From positions 1 through 56,613 of IMG/VR virus record IMGVR_UViG_3300037439_000258: DNA of 56,613 nt; one strand, written 5' to 3'. Both the position numbers and the translations under genes were made by a program. The stretch is from a virus (Duplodnaviria; Caudoviricetes). Shown piece by piece: positions 17,948-27,376 of this stretch. The notes beneath the pieces were generated by a model. That model made no database searches and had not been told where the DNA came from. It was given only the letters and a program-made list of their open reading frames with translations. Every line of letters begins with the position of its first letter. The stretch's first letter is position 1.

Positions 17948-19555
17948 ATGGGGTCGTTCGCGCTGCCTGACGCTGTCTTCGCGGAAAGCGTTGCGGCCAT
18001 CGGGCGCACCGGATCCGGCAAGACCACTGCCTGCCGCGGCCAGGTCGAGAAGATGCTTGCGCGCGGCGAGCGCGTTTGCATCATCGACCCAAGCGGAGCG
18101 TGGTGGGGCTTGAAATCGTCGGCGGACGGCGCGTCGCCTGGGTTCGGGGTTGCCATCATGGGCGGCGACCATGCGGACGTGCAGATCACCGAGGCGAGCG
18201 GTCCGGCTCTGGCCGACGTCATCGCGGCGAACAACCTGCCGGCGATCATTGACGTGTCCGAGATGGGCATGGGCGCGCGCGTGCGGTTCATGACCGGGTT
18301 CCTCGAGCAGTTGTACGCGAAGAACAAGCAGCCGTTGACGCTAGTCATAGACGAATGCGATTTGTTCGCCCCACAACGGCCGATGCCGGACCAGACGAAA
18401 CTGCTGAACCGCATGGAGCAGATTGTTCGACGGGGACGCATCCGTGGGTTTCGGCCGTGGATGATTACCCAGCGGCCTGCTGAGTTGCACAAGTCTGTAC
18501 TGTCGCAGGCGTCGACCCTGATCGCCATGAAGCTAACCGCGCCGCAGGATCGCAATGCGCTGGGCGCTTGGATCGATGGCCAGGGCGACCGCGAGCAGGC
18601 GAAGGAGATCCTCGCCACGCTGCCCAAGCTGCAGCCAGGCGAAGGGTTCGTCTGGTGCCCGGCAATCGACTATCTGCACCGGGTGAAGTTCCCCAAGATC
18701 CGCACGTTCGATTCCGGCCGCACGCCCACGACCGGAGAGACCGTGACGGAACCGACGACGCTCGCTCAGGTGGATATCAGCGGCGTGCTGGCGGCACTGG
18801 AGGTCGTGGAGCCGGCGCCGAAGGGCGGCAAGGCGGCGGCGCCGGTGGTCCAGGGGTACTCGCAGGCGGAGATGGATGCGGCGGTCGAGGCAGGCGCCAG
18901 CGAGGCGTATGCGCGCGGCAGGGTCGATGGCTGGGCGGCCGCTCGCGAGGCGGTCCTCGAGGCGATAGACCCGGCCGAGGCGGTGCTGAACGGGGTGGAG
19001 CGTCCGATTGATGCGGCACCGGCAGCGGTACACTCGCCAGCCGCGGCGACCGTCTATGTGAAGCGCGGCCCGACGGTACCGCCCGGCGGCAAGGGTGGCG
19101 CCGAACTGCGCATCCTGCGCGTCCTGGCGCAGCGGCACCCTGCCCGGTTCACCATGGCCCAGTGGGCGACCCTGGCCGGCATGAAGCGCACCGGGGGAAC
19201 CTGGTCCACCTACGTGAGTCGGCTGCGCACCGCCGGGTACCTGCAGCAGGACAGCGATCTGTTCGGCGTGACGGCCGCAGGACTCGCCGCCGCCGGCACG
19301 CTGCCGCCGCGGGAGCGGGGTGGCGCCGAAACCATTGCCGTGTGGAAGTCCGCCGTCGGCGGCGCCGGAAGGATGCTGGAGGAACTGACGAAGATCCACC
19401 CGAAAGCGGTCACGCGCGCCGAGCTCGCGGAGCGCCTTGGCATCGAAGTCACCGGCGGGACGTTCGGCACCTACCTGTCACGGCTGCGATCGAACGGATT
19501 GATCGAGACGGGGGGCGACGGACGCATGCGCGCCGCCGATGTGCTGTGGCAATGA
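17948..19555 (+). CDS. HerA/DUF87-like P-loop ATPase with two C-terminal HTH-like repeats
   Basis: Walker [13 protein letters not shown], Walker B LVIDE, RGR.RG, TQRP; duplicated TGGT(W/F).TY.SRLR. Confidence 0.85.
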   Translation: MGSFALPDAVFAESVAAIGRTGSGKTTACRGQVEKMLARGERVCIIDPSGAWWGLKSSADGASPGFGVAIMGGDHADVQITEASGPALADVIAANNLPAIIDVSEMGMGARVRFMTGFLEQLYAKNKQPLTLVIDECDLFAPQRPMPDQTKLLNRMEQIVRRGRIRGFRPWMITQRPAELHKSVLSQASTLIAMKLTAPQDRNALGAWIDGQGDREQAKEILATLPKLQPGEGFVWCPAIDYLHRVKFPKIRTFDSGRTPTTGETVTEPTTLAQVDISGVLAALEVVEPAPKGGKAAAPVVQGYSQAEMDAAVEAGASEAYARGRVDGWAAAREAVLEAIDPAEAVLNGVERPIDAAPAAVHSPAAATVYVKRGPTVPPGGKGGAELRILRVLAQRHPARFTMAQWATLAGMKRTGGTWSTYVSRLRTAGYLQQDSDLFGVTAAGLAAAGTLPPRERGGAETIAVWKSAVGGAGRMLEELTKIHPKAVTRAELAERLGIEVTGGTFGTYLSRLRSNGLIETGGDGRMRAADVLWQ

Positions 19556-19761
19556 CGGAGCGCGGTTTAGTCGGCGGACCGAAAGGTCTGGAAGGTCTTG
19601 GAATAAGACAGTGGACGTGTGGTTGCGGCTCGGTTCATGACCGAGATGTCAACGCTGCACGGAACATTGTCGCTCGCGGACTGGCGAGCCTTGCAGAAGG
19701 AGCCCGTCATGGCTAACCGGGGATCAGAATCCCCCGGATTTAGCCGTGGGGGAGCAGTCAA
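19552..19761 (+). mobile_element. IS200/IS605 remnant: tnpB 3' end and right-end hairpin
   Basis: [24 protein letters not shown] (TnpB C-terminus); GAATCCCCCGGATTTAGCCGTGGGGGAG followed by TCAA (19758-19761). Confidence 0.85.
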
Positions 19762-20035
19762 GTTCAACGTCAACGATTACGTGCGCGTCAAGCTGACTGA
19801 CCGTGGCCGCACCATCCATCGCACGGATCACGAGAATTTCGCTGCGCATTATCCCGGCGTGGATCTGCCGTATAAGCCGCCGACAGAGGATGCCAACGGC
19901 TGGAGTACCTGGCAGATGTGGCATCTGATGCAGTTGTTCGGACCGCACATAGTGATGGGATTCAATCCGCCCTTCGAGCCGACGATCGAGATCGAAGGAA
20001 GCCCGTGGCCGAGTCAGAGCGAGCCCGCGCGATGA
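19709..20035 (+). CDS. hypothetical protein with an IS-derived N-terminus
   Basis: AAGGAG RBS; [17 protein letters not shown] is encoded by the IS end, followed by [13 protein letters not shown]. Confidence 0.6.
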   Translation: MANRGSESPGFSRGGAVKFNVNDYVRVKLTDRGRTIHRTDHENFAAHYPGVDLPYKPPTEDANGWSTWQMWHLMQLFGPHIVMGFNPPFEPTIEIEGSPWPSQSEPAR

Positions 20036-20235
20036 CGAACCACGACCTAGACACCGCCATGCCGCTGACCCTGCTGCTGATCTACCTCGCCTCGACGTTT
20101 GTCTGCGTCCCGATGCTGGACAGGCGATCCGCTACCGATTGGGCGCTGGCATTTCTGCCGGTGGTGAACACCCTGGTCGTTTGCACTCTGATCGTCGCGG
20201 CGCTGCTGCCCGACTCCACCTCGAGAAAGCCATGA
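20032..20235 (+). CDS. small membrane protein
   Basis: Two hydrophobic segments. Confidence 0.45.
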   Translation: MTNHDLDTAMPLTLLLIYLASTFVCVPMLDRRSATDWALAFLPVVNTLVVCTLIVAALLPDSTSRKP

Positions 20236-20268
20236 AGCCTATAACATTTCCTGAGAAGGCGGCATGAC

Positions 20269-20553
20269 ATGGTGGCCCGATACGTTCTCCTGCCCGTGTT
20301 CGAGCAATTGACCGGCTACACCCAGAAGGCCATCCGGCGCAAGATCGAAGAGGGCGTCTTCGTGGAGGGCAGGCAGTATCGCCGGTCTCCCGACGGGCGC
20401 ATTCAAATTGACATGGAGGCGTACTACAAATGGGTCGAAGGCCAACCACCGGAGGCGTCAAGCCCGCCGGCGACCGAATCGAGATCCGCTTCACCTGGCG
20501 TCGTAAGGATCTCAGACCGACCCTCCCGCTCAAGCCGACCGCCGCCAACCTGA
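20269..20553 (+). CDS. xis: excisionase
   Basis: LTGYTQKAIRRKIEEGVF.EGRQYRRSPDGRI.ID.EAY..WVE; directly upstream of int. Confidence 0.85.
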   Translation: MVARYVLLPVFEQLTGYTQKAIRRKIEEGVFVEGRQYRRSPDGRIQIDMEAYYKWVEGQPPEASSPPATESRSASPGVVRISDRPSRSSRPPPT

Positions 20554-21635
20554 AGCATGCGGCGCGGCTGCGCGCCGACGTCCTGGCGGAGATCCGCGCC
20601 GGCACCTTTGTCCTCGATCGGTACTTCCCCGACTACAAGTTCGCCGATCGGCATGTGGTGCATGACGCGAAGAAGGCGAGTACGTTCGGCCAGTGGGCCC
20701 AGACATGGGAGAAGCTCGCCACCCGCGGGCGCGCCTATGCCACCCAGGAGATCTACAAGGTTCACCTGCGCGCGTACTTCACCAGCGTCTGGGGCCTGCT
20801 GCCAGCCACGTCCATCACCCATGAGATGGTGCTGACCCGCTTGGCCGAGTTGTGCACCGACCGCGAGGAAGGCGGCCGGCAATGGAAGGCGCTGGGCCCG
20901 AAGACGCAGAACAACATCATGATCCCACTGCGCGCGGTATTTCGGCTGGTCTGCCGGGCCAATCCCGGCTTCACGGATCCCACCGACGACATCGTCAACG
21001 TGAAGCTGCAGGAACCCCGGCCCGATCCGTTCGATGCCGGCGAGGTCAATCTGCTGGTCGCCAAACTGCGTGAGACGCAGCCTGAACTCGCTGACTATTT
21101 CGAGTTCGCCTGCTTCGCCGGCCTGCGCCCGAGCGAGCAGATCGCGCTGCTGTGGCAGGACATCGACCTGCGGACCATGACCGTGCACGTGCAGCGGGCC
21201 CGGGTCATGCGTCGCGACAAGGCGACGACCAAGACCTATGACGAGCGGGCGGTGGAATTGAACCTGCGCGCCGCGGCAGCGCTCCAGCGCCAGCGGGCGC
21301 GCACGCAACTGGCCGGCGGCCACGTGTTCCTCGATCCGATCCTGGGCGAGCCGTGGGCCGACGGCGAGGTCTTGCGCCTGGCCTGGGAGCAGGTCCAGCG
21401 GCGCTGCGGCATCCGCTACCGGCCGCCCAAGGAGTGCCGGGACACGAGCGTGAGCCTGGCGTTGGCCGCCGGCGCCGACCCGGTGTGGGTGGCGCGCCAG
21501 CACGGGCACGGCGTCATGGTGATGATGAAAAGCTACGCCCGGTGGATCCCGAAGGCCGATGCCGGCAGGAACCTGAAGGCGGTGAACGCCGCGCTGGACG
21601 CACCGCCGTCGGAAACGGCGACGAATCCGCGATAG
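20430..21635 (+). CDS. int: tyrosine integrase with N-terminal arm-binding domain
   Basis: GLRPSE, KT, RDT, VARQHGH, Y catalytic pattern. Confidence 0.95.
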   Translation: MGRRPTTGGVKPAGDRIEIRFTWRRKDLRPTLPLKPTAANLKHAARLRADVLAEIRAGTFVLDRYFPDYKFADRHVVHDAKKASTFGQWAQTWEKLATRGRAYATQEIYKVHLRAYFTSVWGLLPATSITHEMVLTRLAELCTDREEGGRQWKALGPKTQNNIMIPLRAVFRLVCRANPGFTDPTDDIVNVKLQEPRPDPFDAGEVNLLVAKLRETQPELADYFEFACFAGLRPSEQIALLWQDIDLRTMTVHVQRARVMRRDKATTKTYDERAVELNLRAAAALQRQRARTQLAGGHVFLDPILGEPWADGEVLRLAWEQVQRRCGIRYRPPKECRDTSVSLALAAGADPVWVARQHGHGVMVMMKSYARWIPKADAGRNLKAVNAALDAPPSETATNPR

Positions 21636-21663
21636 CGCCACGCGATGGCTTGCCGTGTGAACG

Positions 21664-21881
21664 AATTCCGCAGTAAAACCGCAGTAGCGGCGACACTAGA
21701 ACTTCAGATCGGAGGCTAAGTGATTGATTGTAAAGGCTGGCGGAGAGAGCGGGATTCGAACCCGCGAAGGGCTGTTAACCCTATGAGTGGTTCCCCTGGG
21801 CTCCCCTACGCTATGAGAGCGGGCAAAGGAGCCCCTCGATTCCCCTCGAATATCACGAATTCTGCGCAAAATTCCGCAGTA
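21664..21881. other. attP: core equals the 3' part of a tRNA-Ser (21738-~21783, minus strand), flanked by CCGCAGTA arm repeats
   Basis: Reverse complement AGGGTTAACAGCCCTTCGCGGGTTCGAATCCCGCTCTCTCCGCCA (variable arm, T arm, acceptor strand, CCA); AATTCCGCAGTA at 21664 and 21870, CCGCAGTA at 21679. Confidence 0.85.
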
Positions 21882-21884
21882 GGA

Positions 21885-22019
21885 ATGCGGGGCAGCATCA
21901 CGGTTCGCCTGGTGGGGGTCTGCTTCGCCCTGGCCTTCGGCTACCTCACGATCGTGGAGATGACCGCCCTGTTCGAGATGGCGGGCCAGACGGTCCGGAC
22001 GGCGATCGGCGGCGGGTGA
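21885..22019 (+). CDS. small membrane peptide
   Basis: One hydrophobic helix. Confidence 0.4.
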   Translation: MRGSITVRLVGVCFALAFGYLTIVEMTALFEMAGQTVRTAIGGG

Positions 22020-22032
22020 TGGCGCAGAAACC

Positions 22033-22242
22033 ATGCTTGAAAACGTCAAGCCGGCGAAACTGACCAGGATCGGTCGCGTCGAGATCACGACGGCCGGCAT
22101 CGGTGTGATCGGCTTTGAGGGCGAGAACACGTCCTGCCGGGACGTCGCGGCGCTGGCTATCGTGTGGGCCATCGGCGAACTGCAGCGCGAACTGCTGGCC
22201 ACGCTCGAGCGCCCTGGCGGCGACAATGTCTGGGTGGATTGA
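22033..22242 (+). CDS. hypothetical protein
   Basis: 69-aa ORF. Confidence 0.5.
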   Translation: MLENVKPAKLTRIGRVEITTAGIGVIGFEGENTSCRDVAALAIVWAIGELQRELLATLERPGGDNVWVD

Positions 22243-22358
22243 ACTTCCCTCCCCCCATGCCAGACGGCGATCGCGGGCGGGTGATGTGGCGCCGCCGCCG
22301 CCCGGTCGCGACTGGGCGAACGTGAATCCTCCGCCGCCCCGGCCGCCTCGGGCGGATC

Positions 22359-22712
22359 TCACACCAGCGGTTTGTTCAGCGGCGGCACCACCCCCGCCAG
22401 ACCCAGCAGCGCCCACAGCAGGATCAGCCCCGCGATGATGCCCAGCGCCGCATAGCAGGGCTGCCGGTACTTCGCAGGGATCAGGTACCGGATCACCAGC
22501 GCCAGTCCGATGACCACTAGGGCGAACAGGATCAACCACTGCGGAACCGCAAGCCCCGCCAGCGCGAGCAGCGCCTGCAGCAGAATCAGCCCGGCGATGA
22601 GGCCGAGCGCGAGGTAGCAGGTCGGTCGGGCCCGCTCCGGGATCAGATACTTGATCACCAGGAACAGGCCGATAACCAGCAGGGCGAAGACGATCAGGGT
22701 TCCGAGGGTCAT
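22359..22712 (-). CDS. 4-TM membrane protein with an internal tandem duplication
   Basis: Two copies of FAL.VIGL.LVI.YLIP....PxCY.ALG.IAGLILL.ALL.LAG. Confidence 0.7.
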   Translation of the reverse strand: MTLGTLIVFALLVIGLFLVIKYLIPERARPTCYLALGLIAGLILLQALLALAGLAVPQWLILFALVVIGLALVIRYLIPAKYRQPCYAALGIIAGLILLWALLGLAGVVPPLNKPLV

Positions 22713-22936
22713 GTCTGTTCTCCCTGGCGCCGCGCAGTGGCGGCATGAAAATCGTTGATCACGGCCTGGCGCATTGCGCGCGCCGTCTCGACCTCGGCTG
22801 CGGTGACGTGCCGGATCTCCGCATTGGCCTTGACAAGTGTCGTGGAGATAGCCGAATAGGCCGCGCTGGCATTGACCAGCAGCATCCCCAGATCGTTCAG
22901 GGCATCCATGAGCTGCCGGTCATGCGCTGCATTCAT
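22709..22936 (-). CDS. hypothetical protein
   Basis: Coupled ORF. Confidence 0.5.
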   Translation of the reverse strand: MNAAHDRQLMDALNDLGMLLVNASAAYSAISTTLVKANAEIRHVTAAEVETARAMRQAVINDFHAATARRQGEQT

Positions 22937-23199
22937 GGTGTCCGACAGGCCAATAGGACCGCTTCAAGTTCGGCCGCATACACCGCCAGCGACAACCCAT
23001 TGCGGCGCAACGCCAGGATGAAGGCGTAATCCCCCATCCCCGCCAGTTCATCGTCCGACGTCAGCGCCGGGCGCGCCGGCAGCACCGCGATGCACGGCAC
23101 TGGTACCGGCACCTTGACCTCGATCGGCACCTCAATGGTCACGACCTTGGGCGCCGTCTGGCAGCCGGTGAGCAGCAGCAGGATGAACAGGACCCTCAT
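22933..23199 (-). CDS. o-spanin-like lipoprotein
   Basis: Lipobox LTGC; Pro-rich VPVPVPC; follows the i-spanin. Confidence 0.75.
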   Translation of the reverse strand: MRVLFILLLLTGCQTAPKVVTIEVPIEVKVPVPVPCIAVLPARPALTSDDELAGMGDYAFILALRRNGLSLAVYAAELEAVLLACRTP

Positions 23200-23612
23200 C
23201 GCAGCAGTTCGGCCCGGAGCTCCGCCAGCGCATCACGGCAAGTCATCTCCGATGCCCGGGGCGCCTGCATGCGGGCCGCCAGCGACGAGATCGCCGCCAG
23301 GGTGGTGCGACTGGACTGGCGCACTTGCTCGCGCAGCGCCTCGGCCTCCTCCTGGCTCTTGCGGCCGGCTTCGATCATCTTCTCGATGGCGCCGTTCTGG
23401 GCGGTCACGCTCTTGACCAGTCGGGCATTGTTGGTTTCGAGCTTCGTCAGCGCTTCGTCGCGCTCGGCCAGGCGTTGCTCAATCGCTGCCTTATCGACCT
23501 TCAGCCGGTCCACCTGGATGCCGCGCACGTACCCGACGCCGGCGCCGCCAAGGCCCATCCCCAGCAGCACAGCCGCAGCAAGCCCACCGGCGGCCGCGGT
23601 CGCCGAGATCAT
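23196..23612 (-). CDS. i-spanin-like protein
   Basis: N-terminal TM segment, coiled coil, C-terminal Cys. Confidence 0.7.
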   Translation of the reverse strand: MISATAAAGGLAAAVLLGMGLGGAGVGYVRGIQVDRLKVDKAAIEQRLAERDEALTKLETNNARLVKSVTAQNGAIEKMIEAGRKSQEEAEALREQVRQSSRTTLAAISSLAARMQAPRASEMTCRDALAELRAELLR

Positions 23613-23661
23613 GAACGGGCGAACGGCGGTTCTTGCCTTCCGACCAGAAGCACTGGCGTAC

Positions 23662-24378
23662 TCATGGCGCTGGCGTGGTCTTGGGCAACGGCGCTTCGGC
23701 GGGAGGCGGCTGAATCGGCGGCGCGGGCGCGCAGTAGTCGGCGCCCCAGCCGTCGTCTGCATAGGCCTTCGAGCGCTGGGTGATGCGAAAGACGTAATCC
23801 CGGTTTTCCTTCCATGCCCACTCCGCCCGCGCATTTTTCGGCGCGATATGTTCCCAGTGCTCGTAGTGACAGCCCTTCTTCACGTCCTTGTGGCACAGGC
23901 CGATTTCTCGGTTCAGCATCATGGGCCCGCCGTTGTAAGCGCTGCCCGCCAGTTTGATCGTGTTGCAAGGGTCGCGTACCGCCTTGTACGTCCGATACAG
24001 GTCCTTCATCAGGATCGCCTGCGCGCGAAAGCACCACGCCGGCGAATAGCGGCCCAATGCGACCAGCCCCGGATGCTGCCGCTCGATGCCGATCGCCGTC
24101 GGCGCAATGAACTGACAGAGCCCGCGCGCGTGCGCCTTCGAGGTTAATCCGTCCCGCCACGAGCTCTCCTGGCCCACCTGCGCGGCCAGCCAGGACGGGT
24201 AGTTCAAGCCCCAAACCTCGTGCACGACCTTGAGGTACTGGCGCTTCCAGGGGCGCGCCGCCGGCGGCACCTTGAACACGGTCGCGGGGGTCATCAGCGA
24301 GGGAGCCAGTGTCGGCGTCGCGTGGAACGATTGCGCCCACAGCACCACCACCACAGCGGCCACGAGACGCAGGACCAC
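23662..24378 (-). CDS. SLT-type lytic transglycosylase endolysin with hydrophobic N-terminus
   Basis: AQV.QESSW, ARGL.QF..PT, AYNGG, ENRDYV..I. Confidence 0.85.
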   Translation of the reverse strand: MVLRLVAAVVVVLWAQSFHATPTLAPSLMTPATVFKVPPAARPWKRQYLKVVHEVWGLNYPSWLAAQVGQESSWRDGLTSKAHARGLCQFIAPTAIGIERQHPGLVALGRYSPAWCFRAQAILMKDLYRTYKAVRDPCNTIKLAGSAYNGGPMMLNREIGLCHKDVKKGCHYEHWEHIAPKNARAEWAWKENRDYVFRITQRSKAYADDGWGADYCAPAPPIQPPPAEAPLPKTTPAP

Positions 24379-24683
24379 TAAACACCGAGCGTCACGGCGA
24401 TCATGCCGCCGATGATCAGACCCATGCGCCGAAACTCCCAGCTCGGATTCGGATGCAACTCGGCGGGGTCGTAGCGGTTGAACACGGACCGGTCAATGGC
24501 ATACCCCAGGAGGGCGCCAATCCAGGCCTTGCCCAGCACCAGCACGAGGGGCTGCAAGGCCAGCGGCGCGGCATAGGCGATGTAGGCAAGGGCGACGAAA
24601 GTCAGCAGCCAGGCGTGCATCAGCTTGACCCGACGCACCAGGATGAAGTCGCGCAGGTCGTTGAATCGGGTTCGAAGTGTCAT
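24378..24683 (-). CDS. putative holin (2-3 TM)
   Basis: LGYAIDRSVF and RR..IIGG...AV.LG motifs; lies between the endolysins. Confidence 0.75.
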   Translation of the reverse strand: MTLRTRFNDLRDFILVRRVKLMHAWLLTFVALAYIAYAAPLALQPLVLVLGKAWIGALLGYAIDRSVFNRYDPAELHPNPSWEFRRMGLIIGGMIAVTLGV

Positions 24684-24713
24684 GAGGGGTGTCCTTCAGT
24701 GGATCGGTACGGG

Positions 24714-25175
24714 TTAAGTGCCACTCGCCGGCCGCGCCGGATGAAGACCCGCGCGCACGCCCTGCTGGTCGATCGTGAGGATCCGGTTGCCCGGCGCCAC
24801 ACGTAGGATGCCGACGTGTGCCCATTCGCCGAATTCGTGAATCAGTTGCCCGATGCCGAAGCCGTCGAGGTAGGGCACGATCGCCCGGCAGACTTCCAGC
24901 GGCGTGCCGACTCCGGGGCATATGAAGTCGGCCGCCGCGGCGAGTCGGTGGTGAGAATCGACGGTGCCCTTGCCCAGACGGTTCAGGCTGGCGCAGCGGT
25001 AGCCCGAGGAGATGACCACCGGATGCTCCAGCAGATCCCGGATCCGCTGCATCGTCCTGGCCAGTAGCTTCAGGTTGGGCATCAGGTCGGCCGGCACATC
25101 GTTCATGAGACCAAGCCGCGTCGCGACGTTCGAATGAGTGAATTCACCAAACGTGAAGTTCGCCGAAAGCTTCAT
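24714..25175 (-). CDS. peptidase M15A family endolysin
   Basis: LSANFT..EF, ISSGYRC..LN, SHH...AAD, W.HV. Confidence 0.9.
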   Translation of the reverse strand: MKLSANFTFGEFTHSNVATRLGLMNDVPADLMPNLKLLARTMQRIRDLLEHPVVISSGYRCASLNRLGKGTVDSHHRLAAAADFICPGVGTPLEVCRAIVPYLDGFGIGQLIHEFGEWAHVGILRVAPGNRILTIDQQGVRAGLHPARPASGT

Positions 25176-25188
25176 CCAGCCTTGCCCA

Positions 25189-26406
25189 CTATCTCAATGG
25201 AGGCCGCTCGCGCAGGCTTTGCTGTGTGATGCACCGACCGGCGGGTTGATCTATGCCACCAAGCACATTGCTTGCGACCGTGGTGCGCCAGTCCTTCGTG
25301 ACGATCTCCGCGCGGCTCACGGCGAAGCCCGGGTACCACGGCACGCCGTCTGCCCATTGGCCGCCCGTCGTGGGCTTCGGATCACCGCCGACATCGATCA
25401 ACGCTCGCACGTTCGGCGTGCGCGGGTCGATGCGATGGGTGACCGAGGCGATGACGGCCTCGATGTTCTCGACACTGGGAACGAACGTGCCACCGTTGTC
25501 CGCGGCAAAGTGCGGCGAGCCCTTGGCCACCATCTGAATCGACGTGCCGCCTTCGGTGCCTGCGCGGGTTGCGGTCTTCGCGCCTGTCGATTCGGTCAGT
25601 TCCTTGTTGAAGATTTCGCCCCAGCCCACCTGCTGAGACTTCGGGGCGATCCGCAGGAACTGGCCGTTCTTGTACCGGATCTGCCAGTCCAGGTCCTTGA
25701 CTTCGACCCAGCCGATCTCCTGTGAGTCCGTCTGCTGGAACAGGACGCCCCAAAAATAGAAGAAGGGCCAGTACATCGACTCGGGATGGATGCTGCTGCG
25801 CGGCGCCCATGAGGGCATGCCCCGCATCCGCCATTCGCTGCCGAACGCGACGGAGCCGCCGCGCTTCCAGCCGTTGCCGCCCTCGAGGAAGGCGATGCCG
25901 GCTTCGTTCAAACCCGTGGAGCTCTCGATGGCCCGCTCGACCATCGCTTCAGTCCAACGGTCACCTTCAGATGGGGGGGGAGGCGGCGGCGGAGAAGGTG
26001 TCGGCGCCGGCGTGCCGGTCAGCGGTGGCCATCCGTACTGGATCCGGTCCTTGGCAACCATGGCGACCACGGCGGCCAGAAACGCACTGTCGTCAAGATC
26101 CTCAAGTGCGGCAAAGTGAGCGACCCAGGCAGCCATCTCCGAATTTGTCAGAGACCGTGGAGTCACCTTCGCCACCTCGGCGCTGATGATCGCGCGAATG
26201 ACCTCGGCCGTCCGGACTGACGGCGGAGGTGGCGGCGGCGGCGGCGACGCTGCTGGTGGAATCGACGCCTTGAGCACATCCAACTTGGCAATCAGATCTG
26301 TCGCCACCGCAGACACCGCCTGCCCTTTGGCTTGCACGTCCTCACCAGTCGTGGCCAGCAGTTGCGCAGTCTCTCGCAGCGCCGCAAGTTGCTCGTCGAT
26401 TGTCAT
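25189..26406 (-). CDS. Pro-rich protein with an unnamed C-terminal beta domain (paralog 1)
   Basis: Coiled coil, two poly-Pro linkers, domain shared with 26414 and 34655. Confidence 0.7.
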   Translation of the reverse strand: MTIDEQLAALRETAQLLATTGEDVQAKGQAVSAVATDLIAKLDVLKASIPPAASPPPPPPPPSVRTAEVIRAIISAEVAKVTPRSLTNSEMAAWVAHFAALEDLDDSAFLAAVVAMVAKDRIQYGWPPLTGTPAPTPSPPPPPPPSEGDRWTEAMVERAIESSTGLNEAGIAFLEGGNGWKRGGSVAFGSEWRMRGMPSWAPRSSIHPESMYWPFFYFWGVLFQQTDSQEIGWVEVKDLDWQIRYKNGQFLRIAPKSQQVGWGEIFNKELTESTGAKTATRAGTEGGTSIQMVAKGSPHFAADNGGTFVPSVENIEAVIASVTHRIDPRTPNVRALIDVGGDPKPTTGGQWADGVPWYPGFAVSRAEIVTKDWRTTVASNVLGGIDQPAGRCITQQSLRERPPLR

Positions 26407-26413
26407 TTCGTTC

Positions 26414-27376
26414 TCAGGTTGCAAAGGGCGGAGGATTGGCGCGCAACTCGGCAGCGGACAACGCACCGGGAAAATACGGACCACCGCTGGCCTGGCGGCT
26501 GACGTGGATGTTGACCGCACAGAAGTCCTGCCAGCTGGGGCGCAGGAGCTTGAAGCGGCCCTGCATCACCGGGCCGACGATGCCGCCGCTGTTGTACCAA
26601 TCGGCAGCCGCGTGGCCATACAGCCGCACGTTGGCGCGATCATCGACGCCGGCGGGATTGATGAGGCCCAGCCTCATCTGGCACCGGATGACATAGACCT
26701 CGCTTTTCGCTCCAGACGAGCCGACCATCTCGGCATAGAAATGCCAGATCCAACGGGCGTTGCCGCTCGGCCCCATCTCATTCGCTGCCTGCGCGACGCC
26801 TCCCGTGATGTTCGTTGGCGTGACCTGGCGCGGGGCCGGAGAATAACTGGCCTTGTCGTAGAAGTGCGGCGCATCCCATCCGCTGCTGGTGTAGAGCGAG
26901 AGCTCGAGCGTCCAGACGCTGCCGACCTTGTGCCAGACCTCCAGGTTTCGCGCTTCGACTTGAGTGTTCGCAGCTGTTGCTGTCCACGGCGATACGCTCG
27001 GATGAGCAGGCAACACTTCCAGCCAGGGATAGACTCGGCTACCGTTGCCGTTGTATTGGTCATTGACGTAGCCGTGATAGAGCCGCGAGCCCCAAGTCGG
27101 GGTGTTGATCATCCCGCCCGGATTGGCATCGTTGACCCCCTCCATATCGCTGACCAAGTTGTCGATCGCTGACCCTGACGGGGCGGGAACGGGTGAGGGA
27201 CTCGGCGATGGGGAGGGGCTCGGCGGTGGGACGGGCGAAGGTGAAGGTGAAGGTGCAGGCGACGGGGGAGGATCTGGCTCTGGTAAAGGCGGCAAGCCGA
27301 GATCGGGCGCTTGTTGGATATCGGCCAGCAGCACCCTCGTTACCAGGCTCGAGCAACGGCGGTTAGAACGTGCCAT
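26414..27376 (-). CDS. (PS)n-linker protein with the same unnamed domain (paralog 2)
   Basis: PSPAPSPSPSPVPPPSPSPSPSPSP linker, then a domain ending LSAAELRANPPP. Confidence 0.7.
   Translation of the reverse strand: MARSNRRCSSLVTRVLLADIQQAPDLGLPPLPEPDPPPSPAPSPSPSPVPPPSPSPSPSPSPVPAPSGSAIDNLVSDMEGVNDANPGGMINTPTWGSRLYHGYVNDQYNGNGSRVYPWLEVLPAHPSVSPWTATAANTQVEARNLEVWHKVGSVWTLELSLYTSSGWDAPHFYDKASYSPAPRQVTPTNITGGVAQAANEMGPSGNARWIWHFYAEMVGSSGAKSEVYVIRCQMRLGLINPAGVDDRANVRLYGHAAADWYNSGGIVGPVMQGRFKLLRPSWQDFCAVNIHVSRQASGGPYFPGALSAAELRANPPPFAT

Noticed and set aside
19552-19761. Functional IS605 or TnpB nuclease
   Set aside because: No tnpA, no left end, and most of the RuvC domain is missing
21738-21830. 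Complete tRNA gene
   Set aside because: Only the variable arm, T arm and 3' acceptor strand are present; no matching D arm or 5' acceptor strand, so it is treated as the att core
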